Below are positions 13,930 through 26,270 of a DNA stretch of 64,000 nt, in pieces (within the stretch, counting starts at the first letter, position 1; every line of letters begins with the position of its first letter). Under the pieces are notes generated by a model. That model ran no database searches. It was not told the origin of the DNA and saw nothing but the letters and a program-made list of their open reading frames with translations. Origin of the DNA: Ruditapes philippinarum (lineage: Eukaryota); assembly GCF_026571515.1 (NCBI RefSeq), contig NW_026862101.1, positions 434,001-498,000 of the forward strand, read 5' to 3'. The position numbers and the translations under genes are program-made.

Positions 13930-14182
13930 AACTGTGAATTTTTTTTCACTTAATTTTGTGGGCATGAAGTTTCGAAGTTTTCTCACAAAGACCATGCTCG
14001 TAGGTTCTTTAAATCGTGGACTGTCTTTTTTTCTCTCAAAAAAGGTAAAATGTAAATAATATGATGCAAAATGATCTTACAGCAGACGAAATAAAATTTC
14101 GTTGGATATCAAATTCGTGGGATGACCTATCCACGAAAACCACGGAAATAAGTGTTCCACAAATAATAATGATTTTGTAGTA
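13930..14182. mobile_element. Degenerate MITE
   Basis: Imperfect inverted ends (ACTGTGAATT...TTTTGTGGGCA and CCACAAATAATAATGATTTTGTAGTA) with internal TTCGTGG/CCACGAA motifs. Confidence 0.4.
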
Positions 14183-14580
14183 TGTTGTGTACATATATCA
14201 TCATCATCATCATCGTTCGAATCTTGAACACTCGCCAGGAATGTGATTGGTCATAGAAAAAAATACACCGACAAATGGGAATATTCTTGTTATTATTATT
14301 GGGTATAATGGATTTAGATAAATGGTGCGTTCCGTTGCAATAGCCTATTAAACAAGCATAATATAGACGCTTATGTTTGTGCGGCGATAATTTCGTAATG
14401 TAAATACCTTATCAATAGGAAGAGTATACGTAAGGTAATTATCGTGTAATTTATTACTATTTATAGAATATTTTATAAATAAATTGGTGATATAAAGAAT
14501 AGGTTTAATAGTTCGTTTTTCGTAGTTGTTTTTTTTTTCTTCAGCTGTACATCAGAATATTAGATATAAAATTTTTTGAA

Positions 14581-14681
14581 AGGTTATATGGCTCTATATA
14601 AACGGTTGTTAGTAAATATAACCTGAGCCGCTAGACGAGGGTTATATTACAAAGAACCGTTTATATACGGTCATATAACCT
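14581..14681. repeat. ~100-bp palindromic hairpin (MITE-like)
   Basis: AGGTTATATGGCTCTATATAAACGGTT...AACCGTTTATATACGGTCATATAACCT. Confidence 0.7.
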
Positions 14682-15331
14682 GTCAGGAGTATTTATAACG
14701 AATTTATAATACTGCAAACTTCCATTTTTAGAGAAAAAAAGTGGTGAGATTTCTTCATGAATTGACAGCAGCCGTGTGTATAAAACTATATGAACGTCAC
14801 GATTACCCAATGAAAAGCGACATATTACAAACGTGCAGTATTATAAATGCGACTATACTTTAAATTTCGTACGTTTACCAGTGGCATGGCCTAATTGAAA
14901 GTTTGCAAAGCTTGTCTTTGACAAGTGGATTAATTATATCCATTTAAATATTTGTTTTTCATTATATAAATCGTATATCACTGTGGCAGTTTAAATCTTG
15001 TATTCAAACACACGGAAACAGTTGAATTATAAATAAACAAATGTCAGACATATGCCAGTGTTTAGAGCGTTGAAGTACTTTCACGTGCCATTTGAAATTA
15101 CCAACTTGAAGTCTGATAAGGAGAAAACGTAGCCCACTTGAGGCCCGTCTGATTGAATTGTCATGTCTATATTATCATGCTTAAACACAAATTTCGGTTT
15201 CATACAGTTTCATATAGTAAACAAAATGATATTTAACAACATAAATTATTGTTATTCTCTCTTTTTAAAGATCTTTTTATAAATACATGTATGCAAATGT
15301 TGGCGTATATAAGCGTTTTGGTAGGTGTAGA

Positions 15332-15341
15332 TTTATTATTA

Positions 15342-15399
<58 letters not shown>

Positions 15400-15410
15400 C
15401 ATCATCATTA
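15332..15410. repeat. (TTA)n microsatellite
   Basis: Direct reading; source of the spurious poly-N and poly-L ORFs. Confidence 0.95.
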
Positions 15411-16417
15411 AGATACATTTCAAAGATTTAATGCATCTAAAATTAGGAGAGGACTACATATAGACCAGAAAATCTTTTTTTAAGAATAAATAATAGAAAA
15501 AACCAACAGTTTTTTTCATTTGTGTCCCTTTTATTTACACTTAATACTCTATAATTTACATTAACACAGAAAGATCTGAAACATAACTAAAATCAAAATG
15601 ATAATTCAACTGAAGTGTGAATCTACCTGAACGTGTATTATGTATCTAGATAGATAATGTTTTATGTACTCGTATGTACACCCGGAAGGAGTACTCGGGT
15701 ACTTGAAGTAACGTTTTCCCAATTCAGTTTTATTTTTTATCAGTGCGTCAATTTTCAATATTTACACAATGATATGGAAAGAAAATAAACTGTACACCAA
15801 TTTTAAAACCTTGGTGAAAAGTGTGTGTTGAAGTTCGCCTTGATCTTTAAAAAGAAGTGCCTTAAGACAGTGTTGAACGGATTGTCAATTTGGAAACGAT
15901 TGTAAAAAAAACTGAAAAGAATTGTTTATTTAAATATATTGGTTATTGAATAATTTATGAATATATTTATGTTATGAAGGACATAAATGGATAATTTGTA
16001 ACAATAATATGAATGCAGTGTTTTGATAAATTGGATATTTCGTTTTGTCACAATGTCGTTGACTACACGTACTGTACAATTTAAACAAGATTGTATTATC
16101 GTGAAATAAAATAAAGTGTTCATGCTTTGAGAGATGAGATAATATTTGTATACAATTATTGTTATTTATATTGACTATTTACAAACGCATGTAGGAAGTT
16201 GATAAGTTATAAACTTTAACACTTGTTATATACGACTATTATGGTAAGGATTATTGTACCGGTTAACGAATTCAAAAAAAATAATTAAATAATGTGATAC
16301 CACGTAAATTGTATTTAAGGACTATACAAATTGAATAAACTGAGGATATAAGAATGATCAAAACGATTTTGATAATTGAAAAGGATTCAATGTGACAGTG
16401 TATCTAGTATATTAAAC

Positions 16418-16996
16418 ATGGCGTTCGTTGTGACATATCATAATCTTTCTAAACACAACATTCGGAACTTGTACGGAGGACTTCCGGCGGAAATAAAATG
16501 GCGGACAACAAGTAATAGTAAATCGATTGTCCCAGCGCAAAGGGTACACGAACAGATGAGAAAATCGGCACCACACGAGAAATTTCTGAACGAAAGATAT
16601 TACGAATATGACCCGGAAAACGAAATAAGAATTCCAAGAGCGCCAGCGTTTCAGCAACTGTCGCGTTCAAGAGTGGACGAAATCGTTGACAGGCTGTCAA
16701 GACCAACAGTAAGCAAGAGAAGGAGGGCGTCGGAAGTGTGTGAAAGAGAAGCGCGCCGCGCGTTCATAGAAACCTGCCGGAAATGCCGGGCGTTGTCTGC
16801 TCAACCAAAGGCAAGCCGACAGAGAGCAGACGAAATTACAGAACGGCTTATATTGCCAACAGTGACAAGCAATGTGCGGAAAAGTATGAGAAGTCTTGGA
16901 GAGTTTGATGTGCCGGAAGTACGTGATGCGTGCGATAAGTGCTCACTTACTCCGTCAAATAGATTTGCAAAAGAGTTTAGCATTTACAATATATAG
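16418..16996 (+). CDS. Cluster gene D: uncharacterised Arg-rich protein, 192 aa, single coding exon
   Basis: ATG at 16418 (AAACATGG context). N-motif FVVTYHNLSKHNIRNLYGG; core EYDPENEIRIPRAPAFQQLSRSRVDEIVDRLSRPT; second repeat KASRQRADEITERLILPT; two CxxC motifs. Confidence 0.9.
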   Translation: MAFVVTYHNLSKHNIRNLYGGLPAEIKWRTTSNSKSIVPAQRVHEQMRKSAPHEKFLNERYYEYDPENEIRIPRAPAFQQLSRSRVDEIVDRLSRPTVSKRRRASEVCEREARRAFIETCRKCRALSAQPKASRQRADEITERLILPTVTSNVRKSMRSLGEFDVPEVRDACDKCSLTPSNRFAKEFSIYNI

Positions 16997-18679
16997 TCAT
17001 TTTTAATTAGTTTATTTTCATTTAGCTTACCTCAATAGTGTTTCTGTCTTGCATTTTTATAGGCATTTTAAGTTTCTTTTTTGTTACGTTTGTTTTTTGT
17101 TGTTTTTTTTTAGTAGCGAAAATATTATCGATAATTGAGTTAGTCATTTTATATTTAGCCGCTTAAAACTTTCATCTTTTTTCTCTTTTTTCTTATGGTA
17201 AAAATTTGATTTTTTGCAGATTTAGTTCTCGTCATATTTTTCATCTTTTAGTTTATTTCATTCATCAATATAATACTTCACTATTAAGTCGCAATTGAAA
17301 AAAGAATTTATAATGATATATCGTTAATACAACATTGACACGATATTGCCATTTTTTAATTATATCTTTTATTTAGAGCTATTTATCTTATTCTATTTTT
17401 TATTTCATTTTTGGTGATTTTGAGTTTTCACTTTATTCGTTTTCAAAGTCTACTTGGCACAATGGAAATAATTGAAAGCGGTACTTATATTTGAAATGTA
17501 TGCCCAAACTACCTTATTTAAGGACTTGGCATGTTAATATAGTTTAATGTAACAACCTCAAAGCTGCCACATTCTGACGTATAATTGGTTGAAACTACTT
17601 CAGTATATTATCGTTCAAAATACGAAATGAGTATCCTTAAAAACGGAAAGGTTATCTTTAAGTGCTCATCATTAAATATGTTCGACTGTTCAGATCTTGA
17701 TATGTATTTATACGAAATTGGCCAATAGTTTTATTGATACACCGTGAGTTTACTTATCAGGTTAAATAATATAATTTCATTTAGACTTTTTTGTAAAAAG
17801 AGGAAGATCTGAGTAGATATATTGACATTTTGTGTATTGTACCTTCACATCAAAGACAGAATGCATTTTTTGTGCAAAATGATCGTTTATGAATTTCTTA
17901 TACCGAGTATAACTTTGATTCTTAAATCCCTTAAAGGGACGCCACTGAATTATTTTATTTCAAAATTAATGTTCCATTTATTGTGGGTCAAATAACTTGT
18001 GTGCAAGATTTCAAATAAATCGCTCACTCCGTTTTACCGTAATAATTATTCTAATTGTTAACACATGACGCAAAATTAAAAAGCGTTGCAACGCTTATAA
18101 TCATGATTTCAAATTTATTTCTGAGTATATTCATAAATAATCGTTTGCATATATTTCTGCTTTAAGTACCACAGCTGGTCTATGCAAGAAATTCAAATTT
18201 TAACCTGTTTTGTGTTTGGACATCAGTTGAGAGTAGTGAAAATGAAAGTCAAAACATTATTTGCATTGTTATTTTTCCATCAAAACTGATTTTGTTTTGC
18301 AACTTCTCAATGGATTGAGATAGAGTAAAAGACTTTTCAGCATTGGTTACACGTTAGGCACATCAACTGGAAAAAGTATACCAGCGATCTTATTTATATG
18401 ATTTTATGTTCCGATTATAAAAACCCTGAAAAAAAATCAAACAAACAACAACACAGCTTCAAGTGAAATGCAAATAAAAACGTGTATTTCAAAATCAATC
18501 GATCCGATATCTATATATACATGTAACTCGTATAAATTTGTAAATTATAGCCAGATTGTTTCCCTTTATCTTAATCAGAAATGGTATATATTTTTTCTGT
18601 TTAATATCATTGTCCTTTTTTCTAGTCCTAAAATCTTGTTTACATTGTAATTCATAAAATGGTACAGAAATTGTGTTGC

Positions 18680-18988
18680 TATGCATTTTGTCTCACAGTT
18701 TACATTGTGTCATGCATTTTTACATTGTGTATCGTACTTTTACAGTGTGTCACACACTTTTGCAGAGTGTCACACACTTTTGCATTTTGTCTCACATTTT
18801 TACATTGTGTCATACATCTTTATATTGTGTCACACACTTTTGCATAGTGTCACAAACTTTTACACTGTGTCACACACTTTAACAGTGTGTCACCCACTTT
18901 TACATAGTGTCACACACTTTAACAGTTTGTCACACACTTTTGCATTGTGTCACACACTTTTGCAATGTGTCACACACTTTTGCATTTA
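18680..18988. repeat. ~20-21-bp minisatellite (TGTGTCACACACTTTTGCAT)n
   Basis: Direct reading. Confidence 0.9.
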
Positions 18989-19618
18989 GTTTACTGCTAC
19001 TGGCATTAATGTGCATTTAACCTGCTATTTTTTGGGGGAATTGTCCTGCTTTGTATTTGGAACAGTTCATTTGAAAATTATTGAAATACAAATAAAAATG
19101 AAATGTCATCTGTATAGACCCTGGGCAATCCCAGCACGGACGTGTGTGCAGTCCCGGCTCTCTACTGGTGGCAAGGATTAATCAATAGGTTTACGCAGGT
19201 TCGGGGTTAATTACAAAAAGCGCTGCACATATATTAATCGAAATACCATTGATGCAACTTAAATAGAAATGTTTATTCAAATCCTGTAGCCAATGATTTA
19301 ATGTCATTTTACTTCACCCTTTAAACATTCGGGAAAGAAAATGTAGCCATTAATAGTACTTAAAAGTATACATGTATCCTTAATATATACTTATATGCGT
19401 GTAATTATATATTGTAAACAATACCTATTTTTTTTGTATCCTGCTTTGGATTCTGTATTTTTGAAAGCCATTTTCTTTTAGATTTTTCCCTACATATAAC
19501 GACGCCACATACATGTGTATATAGTTAATGAGTGAATAGTTTTTTTTCTCGAGCAGATGAATAATGTAAAGTATACTATTGTAATGATCATAACTTTTCG
19601 GGAAAAAGACATTATTAA

Positions 19619-19984
19619 AGGCCCATTATGCTTCAGAAATTCAGAAATGTTATCATTTTATTTCTCAAAATCTTTTCTTTTTGTACATGTATCTTTTTAC
19701 AGTGTCCAAAATAAATAACACATTTGCCACATAAATGCACTTTTTTTGCTCTGTTGGTACTTCGTTGGTATAACTATAGTGAATGTGTATTTTGTATGGA
19801 AGTCATAATACTACTTTGTTGACATTTTTCTACCTAAGCGACACATTACCGCACATTAAGCGCAACTTTCTTTAGTTGTTAAACATCTAAAATGCTCTAA
19901 ATCTATTTATAAAACATTATTGAGCAGATGTTTGACAATTGTAAACAATTCTAAAAATGTGGATTTCTGAGGCACAATGTGCCT
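19619..19984. mobile_element. TTAA-flanked MITE with AG...CT ends (Kolobok-like); related copies at ~12033-12330, ~13480-13803 and ~49190-49493
   Basis: TTAA|AGGCCCATTATGCTTCAGAAA ... TTTCTGAGGCACAATGTGCCT|TTAA. All copies share an internal TTTGTATGGAAGTCAAAATACTACTTTGTT-like motif. Confidence 0.7.
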
Positions 19985-22494
19985 TTAACTTACTGAATTT
20001 CAATTATCAAGATCTGGAACAGTGCATAATCAATATGAATTTGGTCAGCTAACAGTATAGAGCCTGGTCAGACAACACGATTGTGCAGGCTGGCCTGGCT
20101 TTTTGCTGCTGGCAAAGGTCAATCACTCCCGGTTGCAGTAGGGTTGTAAGTGATATGAAACATATTTTCTTACACTTTATCCAAGATATAAATATTATTG
20201 TTATTTTATCAGCTAGATGAAACCCAAAACATTAATACTAGTACTACAAATGAAATCAAGTATATTTTGTTAAGACTGTCGTAATACTTTATTTGTAACT
20301 AACTGTATTAAACATTATAACTTACTGTGTTGCTGCGTAAGTTTCATCCTTAGTTATTGATGATTAGATAATGTGTTTTTATAAGTGCTATTTGAAAAGG
20401 AAGAAATAAAATTTTGTTTGGATATGTCATGACGATTCCCTGTCCTTTTTTCTGAGTTGTGTGCAGTCATGTTTGGTACGGTGATAGATTTTGAATTTCC
20501 ATTCTTTTACTATATGTGCCAACGAGGTCTTTTCAAACTTTGTTCATTATGATAAATTCGTCATAGACACTTGACAAATACATTTAAATATATGTAATCA
20601 TTCCAAAGCTTTGGCCAGGTCTAGACCAAAAGTGATTTGCAAATATAATAGCGGTAAGGATTATATCTAAATATCTAAATATATGAATTCATTCCAATGC
20701 TTTGGAGAGTTCCAGACCAAAAGTATTTTGCAATTATAACATGGATTATATCCACGTGCAAATCGTTAGTCCGTAAGGGGAACCAGTCCAGCAATGGTAA
20801 TATTTTAAAGACCGAGGAAAGATCATAATTATGTCATACACTTTATATCACCAAACATCTTTAAATGGAACTCATTAAGAAGTAATTACCTCGTCATCGT
20901 CTTTTTAAATATTCTCCTTAATTATATCTATATGGTCAGATTATCGTATCTTAACATGGCCAGCGATTTGCTGAAAGAAAGTGCAGGTAAAACCGTAAGA
21001 TTTAATAGGACATCAGGCGACTGGATGAATATGGAATGTTTTAAAGTATGAAAACCAATTTAAATACTAACACTACATTGTTTTCTTAAGAAAATGAAAT
21101 ATTTCATAGGTCTCTAGGATAATTTTGCATTTGAATATCTGCATTTAAAAAAGTATATACATCAGAAATTTTTAATGAAAAGGGAAGTAATCCTCTTTTA
21201 AGACATTTTGACAAACATTTTGTTGGCTACCCCTATATAACAAGATATAATAAGTTTAATGCATCAAGCATTTCCGTCTCTTAAGAAAATCACCTCTTTA
21301 GCAAGAAAACTCAAGTTTAATACCAATTTCACATTATAAGTATATGTAAAATTATTACGATAGTCTGACCTAAATAGCGCAAAGTTCAACAGGGGTACTT
21401 GTTTATACTGGTTTGAAAATTATAAATCAGTTATGAATATCAGGATTTTCATTGGTCAATATATTTATTCTCTGCCAGTTTCTGACCAATCCCGGGATCT
21501 GAGTTAGAACGGGGAAATTTCTTCACAGCCCCGGATCCGAAGCGTATTGTTATTGTATGAAGTGGTGGTGATGCAGTAACACGTTCGGGAGAGATGAAGC
21601 TTGTTTGAGTTATTAATAATTCATACCAGATAAGTGACTTAAGTACGCAAAAGTGTATTCACTATCAGAAATCAAAATCTTATCAATGACATATAATCAC
21701 TGTGGCTTAGTTACAAGTGTTTGTCCTTGATTCAATTTTAGTTTAACATCACAACTTCATGATTAGATATTTGATATATTTGTCCCTTGTGTTTGCCATT
21801 GCATGCGTGTCATTCCATGCGGGGGTACTTCGTTATCTCAACAATAGATTCTAACATAATTAGCAACGAACACAATGTACAGTCACATAACAATTGCTGA
21901 CTGGGATTGTGTACGAGCAACAACAAAATAATATACGCATATATATTATGTCTTCCACTTCACGTAACACTTAACTTCCAGAATGTTTCATTTTCGTTTT
22001 TTTTCGCAGCAAGACAAATTCATAACATAAATTCAGTAGGTTAAATGGTTATTGCTCTGAAATGGGAAGCAGACCATTCTTATATTGCGGTGTCCTACAA
22101 TGTTTAATAATGAAATAAAAAAACACAACGAAAACACAATAAATAATAAGCAGACTATATTTTCTTCTTAAAATATAAGCAAAATTATCATACTTTATCC
22201 TTACACGATGCTTTTAAAATAAGTTATGAAAGACTCTAGCAAGATATAAAATATAATTGTTAGATTAAGGCATAGCAAGACTAAATGTTTCAACTAGTCT
22301 ACACATGTTATTTTATTATAAAAAGGTAAACAGACTAATATATTAACATTCACAAACTGAACGGCGTTAATAAATAAATAAATAAATAAATAACAAATAA
22401 TACTGTATAGGTAACACGTTTTAAACGTTGCTTATTAATGCTGTCTCGGTAAAATTTATTATGCTGACGAAACAAATATGTCTTTTCATACATT

Positions 22495-24910
22495 TTATGC
22501 AATTTCCGTCATTTGTCGTCTGGTTTGATATTCGCGCATGCGCGATGACTGGGTTGGGCGTGTCATTCTCTCGGTAAGCATCGTCTGTTCCCGCTCATCG
22601 ATCTTTTGAAGTCCGAGGTATTTCGAATGGTTTCTTGACTTGTCATCTAACATTGCGTTGACACTTTTTGAAGAAATGCCTATAATGTGAAACAAATGAA
22701 TAAAAGTAAATTAGGCGTAGAGTAATTCTAATTGCCCACGATGGACCAGCAGGAACTTTACAACAACGGTTACAGTTCTTTCAAAAGTAAGAATTCACGA
22801 TAGATATAATATCCATAGACCCACATCTCTCAGCAACAACTCAAAGTATCGTTGCTCTTCAGAGGCTGTAGTGTATTTTCATTGCGTAGAGTTAAGTCTC
22901 GGCCCCGTAGTAAGGTAGCATGGATATTTCAATCAACTATTGGCGGGGGAGAAGCAGAAGTGTCATTAATGGGGTTTGATCACAAATGGACCAAGATTTA
23001 ACCATCAATGTGTGTTCGTAAGAGCTGAATTTTGTTGTATGAAATGTTACTTTTAGCGAACTTGATAAGCAAAGAAAAGACTTTTAAGATTTTGTTACAA
23101 AAAAGTTGCATAACAATGAATACTACAATCACAAAATCTCATTCTTATTTTTCACAGCTACCTGATCTCCTCAGCAATTATGCTTCGCATTTAAACTTCT
23201 GACATAATGAGGCGACATATTGGAACTACATTCAGTCACGTGGTAAAATGGAAGCCTCGATGAGCCACCTTTGTGGCAAGAGTGATAGAGATACGTTTCT
23301 TATGATGGGTAAGTAAAGATAACAGTCACTGTGGTATTTAAAAATCGGTAACAATGGGAAAGAGTATTTCATTGTAATTGAATCTTAGAAATCTTTCCTG
23401 CATTGATTTGTGTCAGTATCAACCTCTTTTCTCTTCACAAGTATTTGTCAACTCCTTCACAATCAATTATTTTGGCGGGGAAGAGGAACAAATCTGCGTT
23501 TTAACACAATTTCCAAAACCGAACAGTCACGGCCGATTCATATCTTAAACAAAAGGCCTTATAACTCGGGCAAATTGCGTTGGTGCTTTCATGGTGTTTA
23601 ACGACCCGAAGTATACGGGAACAGCCGATGGTTTACGACTGTTTTCACAAATGTTGTTATTAAGGCTACTTTCGGAACAAACTTGACAAAAAGGTCATAA
23701 TTTAAGGGAAAGGAAACTTATACGTGTAAAAATTATACCCGGATTTACCTTGACTTGCTATTGTGGGCGTGGTTAGGCGGGAAACCACACCGTTTACTTC
23801 ATGACGTGAAAGTATTCGGAACGCTGGAGCACGTGGTATGAGACAGCTATATTCTGGAACAAACTCGGAAGACTTGAGCACGTAAGTCTTCTGTTGATGA
23901 TTTTCCTCCTGAAATTAGAATATAGAAAAAATGTGGACGATTCTTTTAAAGGGACTCTACTGAGTGGTTTTTTTTTGAAGTGATGAAACTGGAAATAATT
24001 TTATCAAAATTTATGTTCCGTTTCATATAGGCGTAGACCAATATCGTGTATACAAATTTATTTAAGATCATTCGCTCTCTCTCCGATTTTCAAAATGATA
24101 GTTCTAATTATGTAAAATAATTCACAAAATTGAAAAGCATTGTAAAGAATAACACAACAATGTGATTCCAATTAATTTTCTGAATGTTTTATTAGTTATC
24201 TTGTTCATATATTTATTTTAAAGTGCCCAAACTTATCTATGTAAGGAATTCTTCTTTTATGATTTTAAGTTTTTTTCCTAAGTGAAGTTCCTTTAGAAGC
24301 AAAATTAAAAAAAACAGCGGACTATTGTTAAAATCAAATTTAAGGACAATATCTGCTTACAGAGGTAGCAATAATTTAAACAAATGTAATTCAATATAAA
24401 CTTTATAACTTTACTGGTCTCAGAATGATTTATCATAATTTTTTACATGAATTTTATAACGGGACATACTGTTCATTTTGTCCTAACCCTTAGCCTGCTG
24501 GGGCCAACCGATTCTTACCCATGCGACAAGTACAGACCCAGGTCAGCCGACACATCCGTGTCCTCTGATCATAGTTTACACTGTTTATTATTCAGTCAGT
24601 ATAGAAATTCGAATTTTGAAACTTCCCCTATAGATACTAGATGGTTTTGTCCGGATTAAAAGATGGATATGTCCATTTAAGATATATTTATCATGTCAAG
24701 TGTTTACTAATCAGTACTTATTGTGCATCCTTTTTCAATAAACGATCTTAAAGGTATAAATAAGTGAAAGATACAAACCTTAATCTTGAGTTGATCTTGT
24801 GTAGGATACGGTTTGGTGTGCCGGTATCTGAGAACCTGGGGGAACCCACTGTAAATGTGTTTTAAATCCCGGCTTAAGATTGAATTAAACGATGTCTTGA
24901 ACTCTCCCAT
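22495..24910 (-). CDS. Cluster gene E: 158 aa, 3 exons (24910-24779, 23908-23749, 22679-22495)
   Basis: GT-AG introns of phase 0 and 1 give an open frame: MGEFKTSFNSILSRDLKHIYSGFPQ...LKIK|EENHQQKTYVLKSSEFVPEYSCLIPRAPAFRILSRHEVNGVVSRLTTPTIASQG|ISSKSVNAMLDDKSRNHSKYLGLQKIDEREQTMLTERMTRPTQSSRMREYQTRRQMTEIA. Exon 1 and 2 sizes (132 and 160 nt) match gene F. Confidence 0.9.
24484..24707. mobile_element. Abundant ~200-bp MITE family with TAACCCT...AGGGTTAA-type ends; other copies at ~9220-9418, ~19113-19210, ~20050-20146, ~33297-33500 and ~42645-42825
   Basis: Recurrent internal motifs (CAGACC..GATCAG, GCACTG, GATGGA...CATTTAAGATAT) found in both orientations. Confidence 0.5.
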
Positions 24911-26029
24911 CTTTTTAAATTTTCAAATCGAACTCAATAAAATAAAATAAAATTAAATTAAAAAGAACCCAAAAATGTTTTAATTTCAGTTACGTAAAAT
25001 AAGTTCCAAGTATACGTTTGAGTTGATAAAACTATCGTTTTTATAGCTCCGTATTCTTTAAAAATATAAGTATTTATTCGGTTAAGTACATATGTTTATT
25101 TATTTGTTAACGTAAAATGTCTTAAGTCGCGATCAAAAGCTGATATTTAAAGTTTAAATCTTTGATATCACAGTGAGGTTTCTAACAGTGTGTATTTAAA
25201 CTGTTATTTAATCTGTCCACAGTGACAAATAAATCCGATAAAAGCATTATGTGTGCTATTGTACTATTGAAAGTGATTGAAATACTGTATTAAAGGTTAT
25301 TAAAACATTTAAATCAATAATCCGTACTTTTGAGTTGTATACAAAAATGCCTTTTGTTTAAGACATAAAACGGCCGTGACTGTTCGGTTTGGAAATTGTG
25401 TTAAAACGCAGTTTGTTCCTCTTCTCCGCCGAATAATTGATTGTGAAGGAGTTGACAAATACTTGTGAAGAGAAAAGAGGTTAATACTGACACAATTAAA
25501 TGAAGGATAGATTTTTTTTAAAGATTCAAATACAATGACCACACACTTTACCATTATACGAACAATGTCGCATACTTTATTCATAAAATATAGATATAGA
25601 AGTTTTAAAAGTGCGTATAAAGCTCTTAAAGGTACATTGTATATCCAAAAGCTAACAGGGTAAATTTACTCACCTGCCAAAATTTGGAGTCCCTGGAGGG
25701 AAGGAACGAAGCATACGAAAGGCCTGTGGTGACATTTCAACTTCTTCAATTTTTGGTTCATCTACACAATTTCAAATTCATGAATTTTACGATTCAGTAG
25801 CTACCATTTATAACACGCTCAAAACATTGTATGAAAAAGGGATAATAGTCCAATACTACCTGATAGTATCCCCAGTCTATGGAGCAATTTGCGTAATGAA
25901 AATGTACCAACCAAGTTTATAACCTACCTGTCAATTTTAGATTTCTGTCATCACTGAAGCAATCTGTCAACACTGATGTCGGTAAGACAGTGTGCTCAAT
26001 AAATTATCATAGACATTTAGCTTTGGTTT

Positions 26030-26270
26030 TATTTGTTGGTTTGGTTTGGCTGTACGGCGCACCAACACAATTTAGGTAATATGACGCCGAAACAGAAAAA
26101 GGTGATTTTGGTTTATCTCGGATGTTACAAACTTACAGCAACACCAGGGGGATCAACACCACCTCACCTGCTGCAGTTAAGAGATGCATAGACTCTAGTA
26201 ATTCGACCTCATTTAGTCGTCTATTACGATCACGCAGGGATAAATGGTGGCTGAAGTTCTTATGCCCCAA
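26030..26270 (-). mobile_element. Interspersed retro-repeat (SINE/LINE-like) with (TTTG/TTTGG)n tail; second copy at ~47348-47551
   Basis: Both copies share TACGGCGCACCAACACA...GGATGTTACAAAC...ATTTAG.CG.CT...ACGATCAC.CAGG. Confidence 0.55.

Noticed and set aside
15233-15431. Poly-Asn and poly-Leu ORFs
   Set aside because: Translations of a (TTA)n microsatellite.
18659-18989. Cys/His-rich ORFs in three frames
   Set aside because: Translation of a 20-21-bp minisatellite.
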